From NCBI GenBank assembly GCA_965204865.1, contig OZ242027.1, forward strand, positions 1,731,353 to 1,795,352: a stretch of 64,000 nucleotides of DNA, in the 5' to 3' direction. A model generated the notes under the pieces. That model saw only the letters and a program-made list of their open reading frames with translations, had not been told where the DNA came from and searched no databases. Positions 41,277-51,046 of the stretch are shown here, one piece after another (position 1 is the stretch's first letter; the number at the start of each line of letters is the position of its first letter). The translations under genes and the position numbers were made by a program. This DNA is from Dehalococcoidia bacterium. Its GTDB lineage: Bacteria > Chloroflexota > Dehalococcoidia > Lucifugimonadales > UBA3495.

Positions 41277-42881
41277 CTAGGCATGGCCTGTCATAAGCAG
41301 TCCGATTTCCCGCAGCGACGCGCCCTGCGCGGCAAACTCGCCGACAACACGCCCCCGGTACATCACCAGCAGCCGGTCGCTGCGGGCCAGCAGCTCATCC
41401 AGGTCTTCGGACACCAGCACGGTGGCGGCTCCGGCGTTGCGCTGCTCCAGCAGTATATGGCGAGTGGATTCGGCGCTCAGCACGTCCAGCCCGCGAGTGG
41501 GGTAGTAGGCCAGCAACACCGACGCGCCCTGCCCCAGCTCGCCAGCCAGCAGCACCCTCTGGATGTTACCGCCGGACAGTCGCCGCACTCGGGCGTCAGA
41601 GTCGGCCAGAGGCAACGGGAATCTGGCGCGCACGGCTTCGGCGCTTGCCATAACGTTCTTGCGGTTAAGCCAGAATCCCTTGCCCCGCTCCCGGCTCAGA
41701 CCGGCCAGCAACAGGTTCTCGTCCACCCGCATCTCCGGCACCATTGCGTCAGCCAGCGGGTCCTCCGGGATAACCGACACGCCGCGCCTAAGAGCGTCGG
41801 CTGCGGTATGTCTCTCCAGCGTCTCACCAAACAGCAATATGCTGCCCGACCGCACCGGTTCCAGCCCCAGCAGCGTCTCTCCCAGCGCTCGCTGTCCGTT
41901 GCCTGCCACCCCGGCTACTCCCAAAATTTCGCCCCGGCGGACGGCAAAGCTGACCCCTTCCAACCCACGGTCCCCGAACCTGCGTCCAGTACTTACCCCC
42001 CGAAATTCCAGCGCAATGTCGCCGATGGTCTGCGACGCTTCCTCTTCATGGGAGCGGTGGGCTGCGCCTGCACCAACCATTGCGGAGACTAGGCTTTCTG
42101 CATCGAAGGCGCTGCGTGGCGCGCTTACCTCCACCCTTCCCCGGCGGAGCACTGTCACATTGTCGGACACCGCCAAAGCCTCACGCACCTTGTGAGTGAT
42201 AAACAGGATTGAATACCCGTTTTCTTTCAGAGCGGCGAAGACCCTGAACAGGCCGTCAACCTCGTGGGGCGCAAGCACGCTGGTGGGTTCGTCGAAAATC
42301 AGCAGCCGGGCTTCTGTCAGCAGCAGCTTGACCAGCTCCACTCGCTGCCTTTCCCCCAAGGAGAGCTCGTCAACCCGGCGTCGCGGGTCTATCTCGAGAC
42401 CGTACTCGTCGGCGAACCGCTCAATGCGCCGCACCAGGTCCCGGCGGCGAATCAGGCGGCCCTGCCCCGGCAGAAACAGCGCCACGTTTTCCGCCACCGA
42501 CAGCGCGGGAATCAGCGAGAAGTCCTGAAACACCATGCCAACGCCCAACCGTCTGCCTGCGGCGGGAGAGCCGAGGCGCACAGGCTGCCCGGCGATGGAC
42601 ACCGTACCGGCATCGGGGGCGTGGTATCCGTAGATGACCTTCATCAAGGTGCTCTTGCCGGAGCCGTTCTCACCGAGGACGGCGTGAACCTCGCCCCGGC
42701 GCACCACTAGGTCAATGCCGTCGTTGGCGACTATGGTTGTTCCGGGAACGGGGCCAGGGAAGGTCTTGGTGATACCGCGCAATTCCAGCAGGGGCGGCTT
42801 TTCGGCAGGCTCATAGGAGCGGCGGCCTCGATTAGCGCAATTCTGCGGGTCTGAAAATGTTTCCACAACCAACCGGGGCAA
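41277..42881 (-). CDS. ABC transporter ATP-binding protein with duplicated ATPase cassettes
   Basis: Cassette 1: [28 protein letters not shown]. Cassette 2: [27 protein letters not shown]. Confidence 0.9.
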   Translation of the reverse strand: MPRLVVETFSDPQNCANRGRRSYEPAEKPPLLELRGITKTFPGPVPGTTIVANDGIDLVVRRGEVHAVLGENGSGKSTLMKVIYGYHAPDAGTVSIAGQPVRLGSPAAGRRLGVGMVFQDFSLIPALSVAENVALFLPGQGRLIRRRDLVRRIERFADEYGLEIDPRRRVDELSLGERQRVELVKLLLTEARLLIFDEPTSVLAPHEVDGLFRVFAALKENGYSILFITHKVREALAVSDNVTVLRRGRVEVSAPRSAFDAESLVSAMVGAGAAHRSHEEEASQTIGDIALEFRGVSTGRRFGDRGLEGVSFAVRRGEILGVAGVAGNGQRALGETLLGLEPVRSGSILLFGETLERHTAADALRRGVSVIPEDPLADAMVPEMRVDENLLLAGLSRERGKGFWLNRKNVMASAEAVRARFPLPLADSDARVRRLSGGNIQRVLLAGELGQGASVLLAYYPTRGLDVLSAESTRHILLEQRNAGAATVLVSEDLDELLARSDRLLVMYRGRVVGEFAAQGASLREIGLLMTGHA

Positions 42882-42939
42882 CCAAGAGGGCTGCCCCTAC
42901 ATTACGGCTTTGGCAGCCGGTTTTGTGAGCGTCCAGCCG

Positions 42940-43926
42940 TTACCCGGCGGCGATGGCGCGGACTTCGAGGGCCTTGTCGGGCAGCGGGTGGCTGCTCCAG
43001 GTTGCGCCGTCGTCCGCGGTTCGGAAGACTTGCCCGTCCCGGGCGGCGCAGGCGATGTTGGACGGAGCACGAGGGTCAACGGACACCGACATCATGGTCG
43101 AGTTGGCGGTTATGCCCTGGTCCACCCGCTCGAAGGTCTTGAACAGGTCCCGGCTGCGGTACAACGCGCCTGTGCTGCTTCGAGCCGCGGCTCCTATGGA
43201 AACGTAGAGCATATTGGGATCGTGGGGGGCGGCCTTCAGGTCGCGGGTGTAGGTGACTTCCGAGAACTGTCCGAACTCCACGGGAATCCACTCCGAACCC
43301 CGGTCCGGGCCGATGAAGGGGCCTTGCCGGGTGGTGATGAAGACCACGTGAGGCAGCGCAGCGGCGCACTGGATGCCGTGCAGGTCCAGCGTGTCCTCGC
43401 TGGGAGCCAGGCTGCCGGTGATTTCCTCCCAGGTGTCGCCGCCGTCGGAGCTGCGAATCACCCCGGCCACTTCCAGCGCGGCGTAAATCTCGTCGGGGAA
43501 ATTGGGGTCGGCGGCCAGCGCGATGACGCGGGTGGGGAAGGACATGGTAACTTCGTTGGAACCCATGGTGGCCGCGTCCAGCCGACTCCACGACTCCCCG
43601 CTGTCGATGCTGCGGTAAATTTCGCCCGGGGCGGTGCCGAGATACATCACGCTGGCGTCGCCGGGCCGGAACATGAACGTCCAGACCGGCGGGGCGATAG
43701 CGGGATAGTCCATACGCTCCCAGCTATCGCCGCGATTCAGGCTGCGGTAGGGGCCGTTCTGGGTTCCGGCAAAGACCACTTCCGGGTTCGTCGGGTGGAT
43801 GGCGATGCCGCAGACTGAGGGCGATTCCGGCAGGCCGTTGGTCAGTTCTTCCCAGTCTTCCCGTCCGGGCGACAGGCGATACAACCCGCTGGTTTCGGCT
43901 CCGGCGTAGATGTGAGTCATAACCAT
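42940..43926 (-). CDS. BNR/Asp-box repeat beta-propeller protein (Ycf48/sialidase-like fold)
   Basis: Repeated S/D-x-D-x-G-x-[ST]-W boxes: NRGDSWERM, IDSGESWSRL, SSDGGDTWEEI, PDRGSEWIPV, TADDGATWSSH. Confidence 0.7.
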   Translation of the reverse strand: MVMTHIYAGAETSGLYRLSPGREDWEELTNGLPESPSVCGIAIHPTNPEVVFAGTQNGPYRSLNRGDSWERMDYPAIAPPVWTFMFRPGDASVMYLGTAPGEIYRSIDSGESWSRLDAATMGSNEVTMSFPTRVIALAADPNFPDEIYAALEVAGVIRSSDGGDTWEEITGSLAPSEDTLDLHGIQCAAALPHVVFITTRQGPFIGPDRGSEWIPVEFGQFSEVTYTRDLKAAPHDPNMLYVSIGAAARSSTGALYRSRDLFKTFERVDQGITANSTMMSVSVDPRAPSNIACAARDGQVFRTADDGATWSSHPLPDKALEVRAIAAG

Positions 43927-43979
43927 TTCCTCCCGCGCAATCAGTTCCCGATTTCGATTTCCTGTAATGCCGCCCTGGT

Positions 43980-44240
43980 TCAGGAAGCAGGTATTTCCTC
44001 CATCTCAAAGCGGTAGTCCTCAATTACCGGATTGGACAGCAGCTCGCGGCACATGCGGTCAACGGAGTCCCTTGCCGAGTCGGCGGCGTCTCCGGAGACG
44101 CGGAGTTCGAGATACTTGCCGATGCGGGCGTCCTCGGCGCAGTCGTGGCCCATACGCCGTAGCGCGGCCAGCACGGTCTGGCCTGCCGGGTCGCTGACGG
44201 CAGGCTTGAGGGTTACATATATTTTCGCCAGGTAGGTCAT
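43980..44240 (-). CDS. purS: Phosphoribosylformylglycinamidine synthase subunit PurS
   Basis: 86 aa. YLAKIYVTLKPAVSDPAGQTVLAALRRMG...YLELRV is the typical PurS pattern. Confidence 0.85.
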   Translation of the reverse strand: MTYLAKIYVTLKPAVSDPAGQTVLAALRRMGHDCAEDARIGKYLELRVSGDAADSARDSVDRMCRELLSNPVIEDYRFEMEEIPAS

Positions 44241-44246
44241 TGCGAA

Positions 44247-44933
44247 TCAGCCGCCGGGCATACTCGTCTGGGCGCCGCGGCAGGAAATTGCGCCCTCCGG
44301 GCCCAGGGTGCCAACATAATGCTGGTAGAACTGCTGGATGCGTTCCTGGTCCACGCCGTCCATGATGTCCAGGACACCCCAGGCGGACATCGCCACTTGA
44401 CCCTCGGCGATTTCATCATAAGGCCGGACTACGGTGAAGTGATTACTCCAGCCATCGTTGAGCTCGTTGTAAACGTCTTCAAGGGCATCAACGTCCGCTT
44501 GGTTGGGCAGGTTGTAGCTCACGACAATGTTGGAATGCTCCAAGTTGTGGACAATCCGCTCATCAGGCACCGGGTCTCTGAAGAAGCCGCAGCGCTGGGG
44601 AATGCTCCAGTGGTCGCCCGAGGTGGGCGGGCTGGAATTGTAAACCACGTCGTCGTTCCCTGAGTCGCTATCGAGGTCGACGTGGTTCTTGGTTCGCATA
44701 ATTTCCTGCTTCTGCCCGACGCCGTCCACATATGCCCGTGCTGTGCCAAGGTCAATCTGATCGGGCCGGTCCAGGCTGCTTATGATGGTGGGAATCGAAA
44801 AGCCTGCGATAACCAGCACGGCGATGATTATTGAACCGACCAGAATTAGCTTGTTGGTGCCGCGGCGCGGAGTGGCGCGCGGTATGTCCAGGTTACGGGG
44901 CCGACGGTTGCGGCGGTGTCTCGACTCTGGCAA
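44247..44933 (-). CDS. Membrane-anchored DUF3105-like protein
   Basis: N-terminal basic segment plus TM helix (LILVGSIIIAVLVIAGFSI), PPTSGDHW, HNLEHSNIVVSYN, MSAWG. Family recalled from memory. Confidence 0.6.
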   Translation of the reverse strand: MPESRHRRNRRPRNLDIPRATPRRGTNKLILVGSIIIAVLVIAGFSIPTIISSLDRPDQIDLGTARAYVDGVGQKQEIMRTKNHVDLDSDSGNDDVVYNSSPPTSGDHWSIPQRCGFFRDPVPDERIVHNLEHSNIVVSYNLPNQADVDALEDVYNELNDGWSNHFTVVRPYDEIAEGQVAMSAWGVLDIMDGVDQERIQQFYQHYVGTLGPEGAISCRGAQTSMPGG

Positions 44934-44971
44934 TGGGTATCTCTCCCCAGCTTAATGGGTATCCCACAGGA

Positions 44972-45862
44972 TTAGAGGCTCTCTCCGGTCAGCCGCACGT
45001 AGGCTTCCCGGTAGCGCTGGGTAGTGCGTTCCGTCACTTCGGCGGGCAAATCGGGAGCTGGCGGCTCGTGGTTCCAGCCTTGAGCGTCCAGCCAGTCGCG
45101 GACGAACTGCTTGTCGTAGTTGGGTTGCGAGCGGCCGGGGTTGTAGCCCTCGGCGTCCCAGAAGCGGCTGGAGTCGGGGGTCAACAGCTCATCAATCAGT
45201 ATCAACTCGCCGTCCAGGATACCGAACTCCATCTTGGTGTCAGCCAGGATGATGCCCTGCTGACGGGCGTATTCCTCGGCGAAAGAGTATACGGCCTTGC
45301 TGGTAGCTTCCAGCTTGTCCGCCATTTCGACGCCAACCATGTCTACCACCTGCTGGCGGGACATATTTTCGTCGTGTCCTTCCTCGGCCTTAGTGGTGGG
45401 AGTGAAAAGCGGTTCCGGGAAGGGCTGACCCTCAACCATGCCTGGCGGCATCTCCATGCCCTGCACTGTGCCCTGCCGACGGTACTCGCCCCAAGCCGAG
45501 CCGGTGATGTAGCCGCGCACGATGCACTCGATGTCGATGCGCTGCGCCCGCTTGACCACCATCGCCTGCTTTGCTACCTCGGCGGGTAGCGGCTCTCCCA
45601 GTCCGCCGAGATACTGTCCCGCGTCTGGAGAGTCGGCGAGGCAAATCAGGTGATTGGGTACGATGTGATCAGTCTTTTCGAACCAGAAGGCCGAAATGCG
45701 GTTGAGCACCTGTCCCTTGTCCGGGATCCCACCCGGCAGCACAACGTCGAAGGCGGATATGCGGTCGGTGGCCACCATGAGCAGGCGGCCTTCGCCTAGG
45801 TTGTAAGTGTCGCGCACCTTGCCCCGGTGCATCCGGCCGGGCAGTGGTGTTTCGATGATCAT
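44972..45862 (-). CDS. purC: Phosphoribosylaminoimidazole-succinocarboxamide (SAICAR) synthase
   Basis: GKVRDTYNL, ATDRISAFD, ILADTKMEFG, DSSRFW. Confidence 0.92.
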   Translation of the reverse strand: MIIETPLPGRMHRGKVRDTYNLGEGRLLMVATDRISAFDVVLPGGIPDKGQVLNRISAFWFEKTDHIVPNHLICLADSPDAGQYLGGLGEPLPAEVAKQAMVVKRAQRIDIECIVRGYITGSAWGEYRRQGTVQGMEMPPGMVEGQPFPEPLFTPTTKAEEGHDENMSRQQVVDMVGVEMADKLEATSKAVYSFAEEYARQQGIILADTKMEFGILDGELILIDELLTPDSSRFWDAEGYNPGRSQPNYDKQFVRDWLDAQGWNHEPPAPDLPAEVTERTTQRYREAYVRLTGESL

Positions 45863-45882
45863 TTCATGTCCTCTCTTTAATT

Positions 45883-45910
45883 GTCATTCCCGGCAGCCGC
45901 GGGAATCCAG
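45883..45910 (+). repeat. REP-like hairpin repeat, family B copy
   Basis: GTCATTCCCGGCAGCCGCGGGAATCCAG. Confidence 0.75.
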
Positions 45911-45950
45911 AGCACCGTGTAAGCTAGTCAACTCCCCTTTGCAAGACCGT

Positions 45951-45979
45951 TCTGGATTCCCGCCTTCGCGGGAATGACG
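45951..45979 (-). repeat. REP-like hairpin repeat, family B copy (inverted relative to 45883)
   Basis: CTGGATTCCCGCCTTCGCGGGAATGAC, whose reverse complement is GTCATTCCCGCGAAGGCGGGAATCCAG. Confidence 0.75.
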
Positions 45980-45992
45980 GCAAGGAAAGCGG

Positions 45993-47324
45993 CTACACTG
46001 CGCTGCCCACCGCGGCTGGAAGCAGCCCCAGCCTACGGAAAGTTTCGTCAACATAACGGGTGTAGTAACCGTAGTCGAAAAGGCGGTCCAGTTCCGACTG
46101 GGATAGATACGCCGCAACAGTGGGGTCGGATTTCAGCAGGTCGCGGAAGTCACATCCGCCGGGCAGGTCCATTTCGGACCAACAGCGCATGGCGTTGGTC
46201 TGGACAATTTTATAGGCTTCCTCCCGGGACAGGCTCCGGTCAACCAGTTCCAGCAGGATACGCTGGCTGAACACCAGCCCCCGACTGCTCTCGATGTTGG
46301 CGTACATCCGCTCCGGGAAGACCCGCAGTCCCTCGACGATGCGGGTGAAGATGCTGAGGATGTAGTCCAGGACCAAGCAGGAGTCGGGGAGGATTATGCG
46401 CTCCGCAGAAGAGTGGCTGATGTCCCGCTCGCCCCACAGGGCCACGTTCTCCATGGCAGCCAGCGCATTGCCCCTCAGAATGCGCGCCAGCCCGCAGATG
46501 CGTTCCGCCAGCTCCGGGTTGCGCTTGTGAGGCATGGACGACGACCCGGTCTGCCCCTGCCCGAAAGGTTCCTCCAGTTCGTGAATCTCTGTTCGCTGCA
46601 AAGAGCGGATTTCGGTAGCGAACTTTTCCAGTGAGGCTCCAACAAGGGCCAGAGTGGTTACAAAATGGGCATGGCGGTCTCGCTGAACGATTTGATTGGA
46701 AACTGCCGCCACCTTCAACCCCAAATGATGGCAGACCCGCTCCTCCACCGACGGCGGCACCGTGGCGTGGGTGCCTACTGCCCCGGAAATCATGCCCACC
46801 CGCATGGTTTCCACCGCCGCTTCCAGCCGTTCCCTCTGCCGGTTGAGCTCGTCCCACCACAGGGCCAGCTTCAGGCCCAGGGTCATTGGCTCGGCGTGGA
46901 CGCCGTGGGTGCGCCCCATCATCAGCGTGTCTTTGTGGTTCAGCGACTGCTCCTGCAACGCCACAATCGCCGAGTCCAACTCGGCGAGCAGCAGCTCTCC
47001 GGCCTCGCCCATTTGCAGGTTCTGGCCGGTGTCCAGCATATCGTTGGACGTCAGCCCCAGGTGCAGCCAGCGGCCCTCCGGCCCCATTGATTCAGTGATA
47101 GAGGAAATAAACGCGGTCACATCATGGCGGGTGGTCTGAAAAATCTCCTCCATCCGCTGCGGGTCATACTGTGCCTCGCGCAGACGGGCCATGTCATCCT
47201 CGGGGATGACGCCCTCCTCGCACCAGGCTTCGCACACGGCCAACTCGACAGCCAGCCATTTTTCGTACTTGTTGTCGTCGGACCAGACCCGCTTCATGGC
47301 GGGGCGGGAATATCGGTCTATCAC
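45993..47324 (-). CDS. purB: Adenylosuccinate lyase
   Basis: Fumarate-lyase signature GSSSMPHKRNPELAE. 443 aa with a PurB-type N-terminus MIDRYSRPAMKRVWSD. Confidence 0.92.
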   Translation of the reverse strand: MIDRYSRPAMKRVWSDDNKYEKWLAVELAVCEAWCEEGVIPEDDMARLREAQYDPQRMEEIFQTTRHDVTAFISSITESMGPEGRWLHLGLTSNDMLDTGQNLQMGEAGELLLAELDSAIVALQEQSLNHKDTLMMGRTHGVHAEPMTLGLKLALWWDELNRQRERLEAAVETMRVGMISGAVGTHATVPPSVEERVCHHLGLKVAAVSNQIVQRDRHAHFVTTLALVGASLEKFATEIRSLQRTEIHELEEPFGQGQTGSSSMPHKRNPELAERICGLARILRGNALAAMENVALWGERDISHSSAERIILPDSCLVLDYILSIFTRIVEGLRVFPERMYANIESSRGLVFSQRILLELVDRSLSREEAYKIVQTNAMRCWSEMDLPGGCDFRDLLKSDPTVAAYLSQSELDRLFDYGYYTRYVDETFRRLGLLPAAVGSAV

Positions 47325-47354
47325 TGCCTCGGCACCGTTTGCAGAGATTCGGCG

Positions 47355-48083
47355 TCAGGCGGGAGCCGCGCCGTTCATGTTCACGTACAGGTCCCGCACC
47401 GTCAGCAGAACGGACTTATAGTCCTCGAAGGGCGTGTAGGGAATACCCTCTTCATCGCAGTATCGCGCCAGGGTGCGGTGGGCGAACACCAGGTCCGCCT
47501 GGCGGGAGGCTTCCAGGTCGGAAACCCCATCGCCGGCGTAGACGACGTAGTAACCACGCTCCTGGAACTGCTCCACGACGAAAGCCTTGGAATTGCCCTG
47601 GCTCTCCCTTCCCGGATACGTGTGATTGTAGTGATATGAAATACGCCCGTCCTGAAAGGTGGTGTCCACGGCATAGATGGGAACGTCACCGAAACCGTCG
47701 CGTTCCAACAGGGCTGAAATGTAGAAGTCCAGGCCCTGGCTGACCACCGCCAGCGGGATTCCGTGGGTGTTACAGAATTGGTAAAGCTCCGGGAACCAGG
47801 GTCGCAGAATGGCCTGCTCTCTGACATAATGCTGCATCGCGGCCCGGTCTGCCTGAATTTCCCGGAATGTAATTTCCTGGTATTCCTTCAGGGTCAGCTT
47901 TCCATCACGGAACTGTTGTCGTACTTCAGTCCAGTTCTCGGCGCCGAAGCGGTGAAGCAGCAATTCCGCCACGTTCTGGACGGCGGCGGTGTCGTCGAAG
48001 TCGGTTAGGAAGGCGGGAGACCGCCCTTCAGCCCCGGGTGAGTAGGGCCTATCGTTCGCGGAGCTCTCGCCTGTAGTCGTCAT
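47355..48083 (-). CDS. HAD-IB family phosphatase (MtnX / phosphoserine-phosphatase-like)
   Basis: FLTDFDDT (DxD nucleophile motif), VVSQGLD, YAGDGVSDLEA. ATG 48083 would overlap the purE 3' end by 35 nt, so the start is uncertain (ORF track 48164). Confidence 0.7.
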   Translation of the reverse strand: MTTTGESSANDRPYSPGAEGRSPAFLTDFDDTAAVQNVAELLLHRFGAENWTEVRQQFRDGKLTLKEYQEITFREIQADRAAMQHYVREQAILRPWFPELYQFCNTHGIPLAVVSQGLDFYISALLERDGFGDVPIYAVDTTFQDGRISYHYNHTYPGRESQGNSKAFVVEQFQERGYYVVYAGDGVSDLEASRQADLVFAHRTLARYCDEEGIPYTPFEDYKSVLLTVRDLYVNMNGAAPA

Positions 48084-48507
48084 ACGCTTGCCTGATTTCA
48101 GGATGTTGGAGTCCCAGGATCTGGGCCGCGAAGAAAGCGGCGTTGCGCGCGCCCCAAGCGCCAACGGCCATGGCAGCCACCGGAATGCCGGGAGGCATCT
48201 GGGCCGTGGACATCAGGGCGTCTATGCCCTTCAGCTCGCTGGAGGCCAGCGGTATGCCGATGACCGGGAGAGTGGACCATGCAGCCAATGCTCCGCCCAA
48301 GGCCGCAGAACCTCCCGCGGCAGCGATGAGAACCTGGATGCCTCGTTCCCTGGCCTGCTGCGCGTATTCGGCCACGCGCTCCGGGGTGCGGTGCGCCGAC
48401 ATCACCCGCACCTCGTAGTCTATGCCCAGTTGCTCCAGCGTACTGACGGTGTCCTTCACCACCGGCTCATCAGACGCGCTGCCCATTACGACCCCTACCA
48501 GCGGCAC
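48049..48507 (-). CDS. purE: N5-carboxyaminoimidazole ribonucleotide mutase
   Basis: VGVVMGSASD, RVMSAHRTPE, AAAGGSAALGG. Confidence 0.92.
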   Translation of the reverse strand: MPLVGVVMGSASDEPVVKDTVSTLEQLGIDYEVRVMSAHRTPERVAEYAQQARERGIQVLIAAAGGSAALGGALAAWSTLPVIGIPLASSELKGIDALMSTAQMPPGIPVAAMAVGAWGARNAAFFAAQILGLQHPEIRQAYDDYRRELRER

Positions 48508-48617
48508 GATTGCCTCCTTTTATTTCCTGAACTCACGCTTTCAGCTTTGTTACTGCGTTGCTAAACTAATACCAGTGCGCGGCGAAAGGCGCAACGGCAT
48601 CTATCATAACACGTGAC

Positions 48618-49058
48618 TTACAACTGCAACTGCTCCCGGAAGGCGTCAATCAGCGCCCGTTCCAAGGCGTTGCGGTCCTGGCGTATCTGGACACCATTGA
48701 CCATCAGGGAAATACCCTCGTCCAGCATCGCCAGCTCTACGACCACCTCCAACTCCTCGCCTTCATCCCAAGTGAGCGCGGTGGTGATGACATCGGCGGC
48801 TTCATCGTCGTATATCGGGTCGTCCTCATCTTCGCCCGTTTCCCACTCTACGGTGGTCTCCACCTCGCCTTGCCCGGACAACAAGACTTCGTTCATTTCC
48901 GAGAGCAGAACTGTTATATCCAGCGATTCTTGCCGGGAAAGCAGTTCCTCTCGCTCGGCGGCCACTTCCTGGTCGTAGGCTTCAAGCCGCTCCATGCGGG
49001 TGGCGCGGGCCTGGGTAAGTTCAGCCTTGAGTTGTTCAAGGGAGTCACGCCAAGCCAT
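48618..49058 (-). CDS. Hypothetical acidic coiled-coil protein
   Basis: MAWRDSLEQLKAELTQARATRMERLEAYDQEVAAEREELL..., Asp/Glu-rich centre. The ORF-track N-terminus (MPSLPLRGRVRVG) is translation of a family A repeat, so ATG 49058 is preferred. Confidence 0.5.
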   Translation of the reverse strand: MAWRDSLEQLKAELTQARATRMERLEAYDQEVAAEREELLSRQESLDITVLLSEMNEVLLSGQGEVETTVEWETGEDEDDPIYDDEAADVITTALTWDEGEELEVVVELAMLDEGISLMVNGVQIRQDRNALERALIDAFREQLQL

Positions 49059-49075
49059 ACGATTGCTCCTGATGA

Positions 49076-49113
49076 CCCCCACCCTAACCCTCCCCCTCAG
49101 GGGGAGGGAAGGC
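49076..49113 (+). repeat. REP-like hairpin repeat, family A variant
   Basis: CCCCCACCCTAACCCTCCCCCTCAGGGGGAGGGAAGGC. Confidence 0.75.
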
Positions 49114-49720
49114 ATGGGGGAATTGGTTTGCGCTGGTTTGGCCTCGTTGACAGCCAGGCCATTTCGTCCACTGCTACGAAGTTCGGAAGGCCGGCCTGAG
49201 CTCCCAATCGGCCCAACGCTTCCAGCAAGTCCAGATAGCGGATGCCCTCCGGGCCTCGCTTCATGGCGGTGGGATAGGCCCCGGCGCGGCGCAGCATCTT
49301 CTCTGCATTGGTGTTCCAGACACAGAACAGGGTTGGGTTACGCAGGCAAAGGAGCCATGATATGAACTCCTTGCCCGCCCCGGGCAGCTTGTAAGCACCA
49401 TCGGGCGACACGCACTCGTCGAAGCGTCCTTCCAGCTTGATAGTATCATACAAAAGGAAGTCCAGGCTGTCTCTCACTTCCTCGATAGAAATGGCGGAGA
49501 AAACAGCGGATTCCCGCCCGCCGGAGGCGCGGTACAACCGCAGGGCTTGTTTCGGACTGAGGGCGATGAGGGCATCCTGCTCCAGCCAACCGGCGAATTC
49601 CTCCGCCCGGCTCCAGCGGCGCCTGCGATAGGAGTCAAGGGCCCCGGATTCCAACGCTTCGTCGTAAAGACGCCGGAGGGTCGTTGGGGTGAATTGTGAC
49701 GGCAAACCCTCGCCCTTCAT
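49097..49720 (-). CDS. Hypothetical protein (207 aa)
   Basis: Protein-like composition with no recognised family. Start overlaps the purD stop by 4 nt. The 3' end runs into the repeat at 49076-49113. Confidence 0.5.
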   Translation of the reverse strand: MKGEGLPSQFTPTTLRRLYDEALESGALDSYRRRRWSRAEEFAGWLEQDALIALSPKQALRLYRASGGRESAVFSAISIEEVRDSLDFLLYDTIKLEGRFDECVSPDGAYKLPGAGKEFISWLLCLRNPTLFCVWNTNAEKMLRRAGAYPTAMKRGPEGIRYLDLLEALGRLGAQAGLPNFVAVDEMAWLSTRPNQRKPIPPCLPSP

Positions 49721-50982
49721 GCGTTCAGTCCAATGTCGCTGCGCCAGTGCGCTCCCGTGAATGCGATACCCTTCAACCTGGTATAGGCCCGCTGCCGGGC
49801 CTCGGCGATTGAGACGCCGCCTCCGACCACGGTAAGCACCCGCCCGCCAGATGTCGCCGGACAGCCCGACGGCCCGGATGCCATACCGGCAGTGAAAACC
49901 AGCGCATCTGCGGCATTTCCATCCTCAGGTTCCAGTCCAGTGATTTCAAGCCCCATAACGTATTGCTCCGGGTAGCCGCCGGAAGCCATCACCACACCGA
50001 CGTAATGGCGGTCGTCCCAGCACACTTTGACGGCGTCGAGATTGCCTTGGCAGCAGGCCAGCATCAACTCCAGTGGATCGGAGGCCAATCTTGGCATCAG
50101 GACTTGCGTCTCCGGGTCGCCCAGCCGGCAATTGAACTCCAGGACCTTGGGGCCGTCTTCGGTGAGCATCAGCCCGGCGTACAGCACGCCCTGATAGGGG
50201 GTTCCCCTCTCGGCCATGACCTTTATCACCGGGCGCATGATGTTCCGCTCCACCTCGGCGCACAATTCCGGCGTCCAGAAACCCGGCGGCGAATAGCTGC
50301 CCATCCCTCCGGTGTTGGGGCCACCGTCGCCGTCGTTGAGCCGCTTGTAATCGCAGGCAGCCACCAGCGGCGAGATGTGCTCGCCGTCGCAGAAGGCGAA
50401 CACGCTGACCTCATGCCCTTCCAGACGCTCTTCCAGCAGCACCGTGGCTCCGGCATCTCCGAAAGCTCGCCCGGACATACAGGCGCGAACCGCCAATGCC
50501 GCCTGCGCCTCGTCATCGCAGACTGCGACGCCCTTGCCGGCTGCCAGGCCGTCGGCCTTGACCACGCGGGGGCCTGGGTTGCGCCGCAAGTAGTCCAGCG
50601 CATCGGATTCCTCATTGAATACCGCGAACTCCGGGCTTGGCGCGCCAGCTTCCCGCATCACTTTCCGGGCAAAGCTTTTGCTGGATTCCAGCCGGGCAGC
50701 GGCGCGGGTGGGGCCGAAAACCGGAATGCCGGTGTCGCCCAGCGCATCCGCCAATCCGTCGGCCAGGGGCGCTTCCGGGCCTACGACCACCAGGTCAGCG
50801 GACACCTCGCAGGCGGCGGCGGTCAGGGACTCAACGCTTCCGCCCACGTCAAGGTTGGTGGCGATACAGCCCGTGCCGTAGTTTCCGGGAGCAACCCAGA
50901 GCCGGGTCAGCGATGAACTGTGGCTGATACGCCAAGCCAAGGCGTGTTCACGGGCGCCATTCCCCACGATAAGGATGTTCAC
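49717..50982 (-). CDS. purD: Phosphoribosylamine-glycine ligase
   Basis: GTG start. NILIVGNGAREHALAW, ATP-grasp region, GPNTGGMGSYSP. Confidence 0.92.
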   Translation of the reverse strand: MNILIVGNGAREHALAWRISHSSSLTRLWVAPGNYGTGCIATNLDVGGSVESLTAAACEVSADLVVVGPEAPLADGLADALGDTGIPVFGPTRAAARLESSKSFARKVMREAGAPSPEFAVFNEESDALDYLRRNPGPRVVKADGLAAGKGVAVCDDEAQAALAVRACMSGRAFGDAGATVLLEERLEGHEVSVFAFCDGEHISPLVAACDYKRLNDGDGGPNTGGMGSYSPPGFWTPELCAEVERNIMRPVIKVMAERGTPYQGVLYAGLMLTEDGPKVLEFNCRLGDPETQVLMPRLASDPLELMLACCQGNLDAVKVCWDDRHYVGVVMASGGYPEQYVMGLEITGLEPEDGNAADALVFTAGMASGPSGCPATSGGRVLTVVGGGVSIAEARQRAYTRLKGIAFTGAHWRSDIGLNA

Positions 50983-50986
50983 CGGG

Positions 50987-51027
50987 GCGCCCTCACCCTA
51001 ACCCTATCCCAAGGGGGAGAGGGAATT
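50987..51027 (+). repeat. REP-like hairpin repeat, family A copy
   Basis: GCGCCCTCACCCTAACCCTATCCCAAGGGGGAGAGGGAATT in the 64-bp guaA-purD spacer. Confidence 0.8.
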
Positions 51028-51046
51028 GTCTGCATTGCCACCGGCA

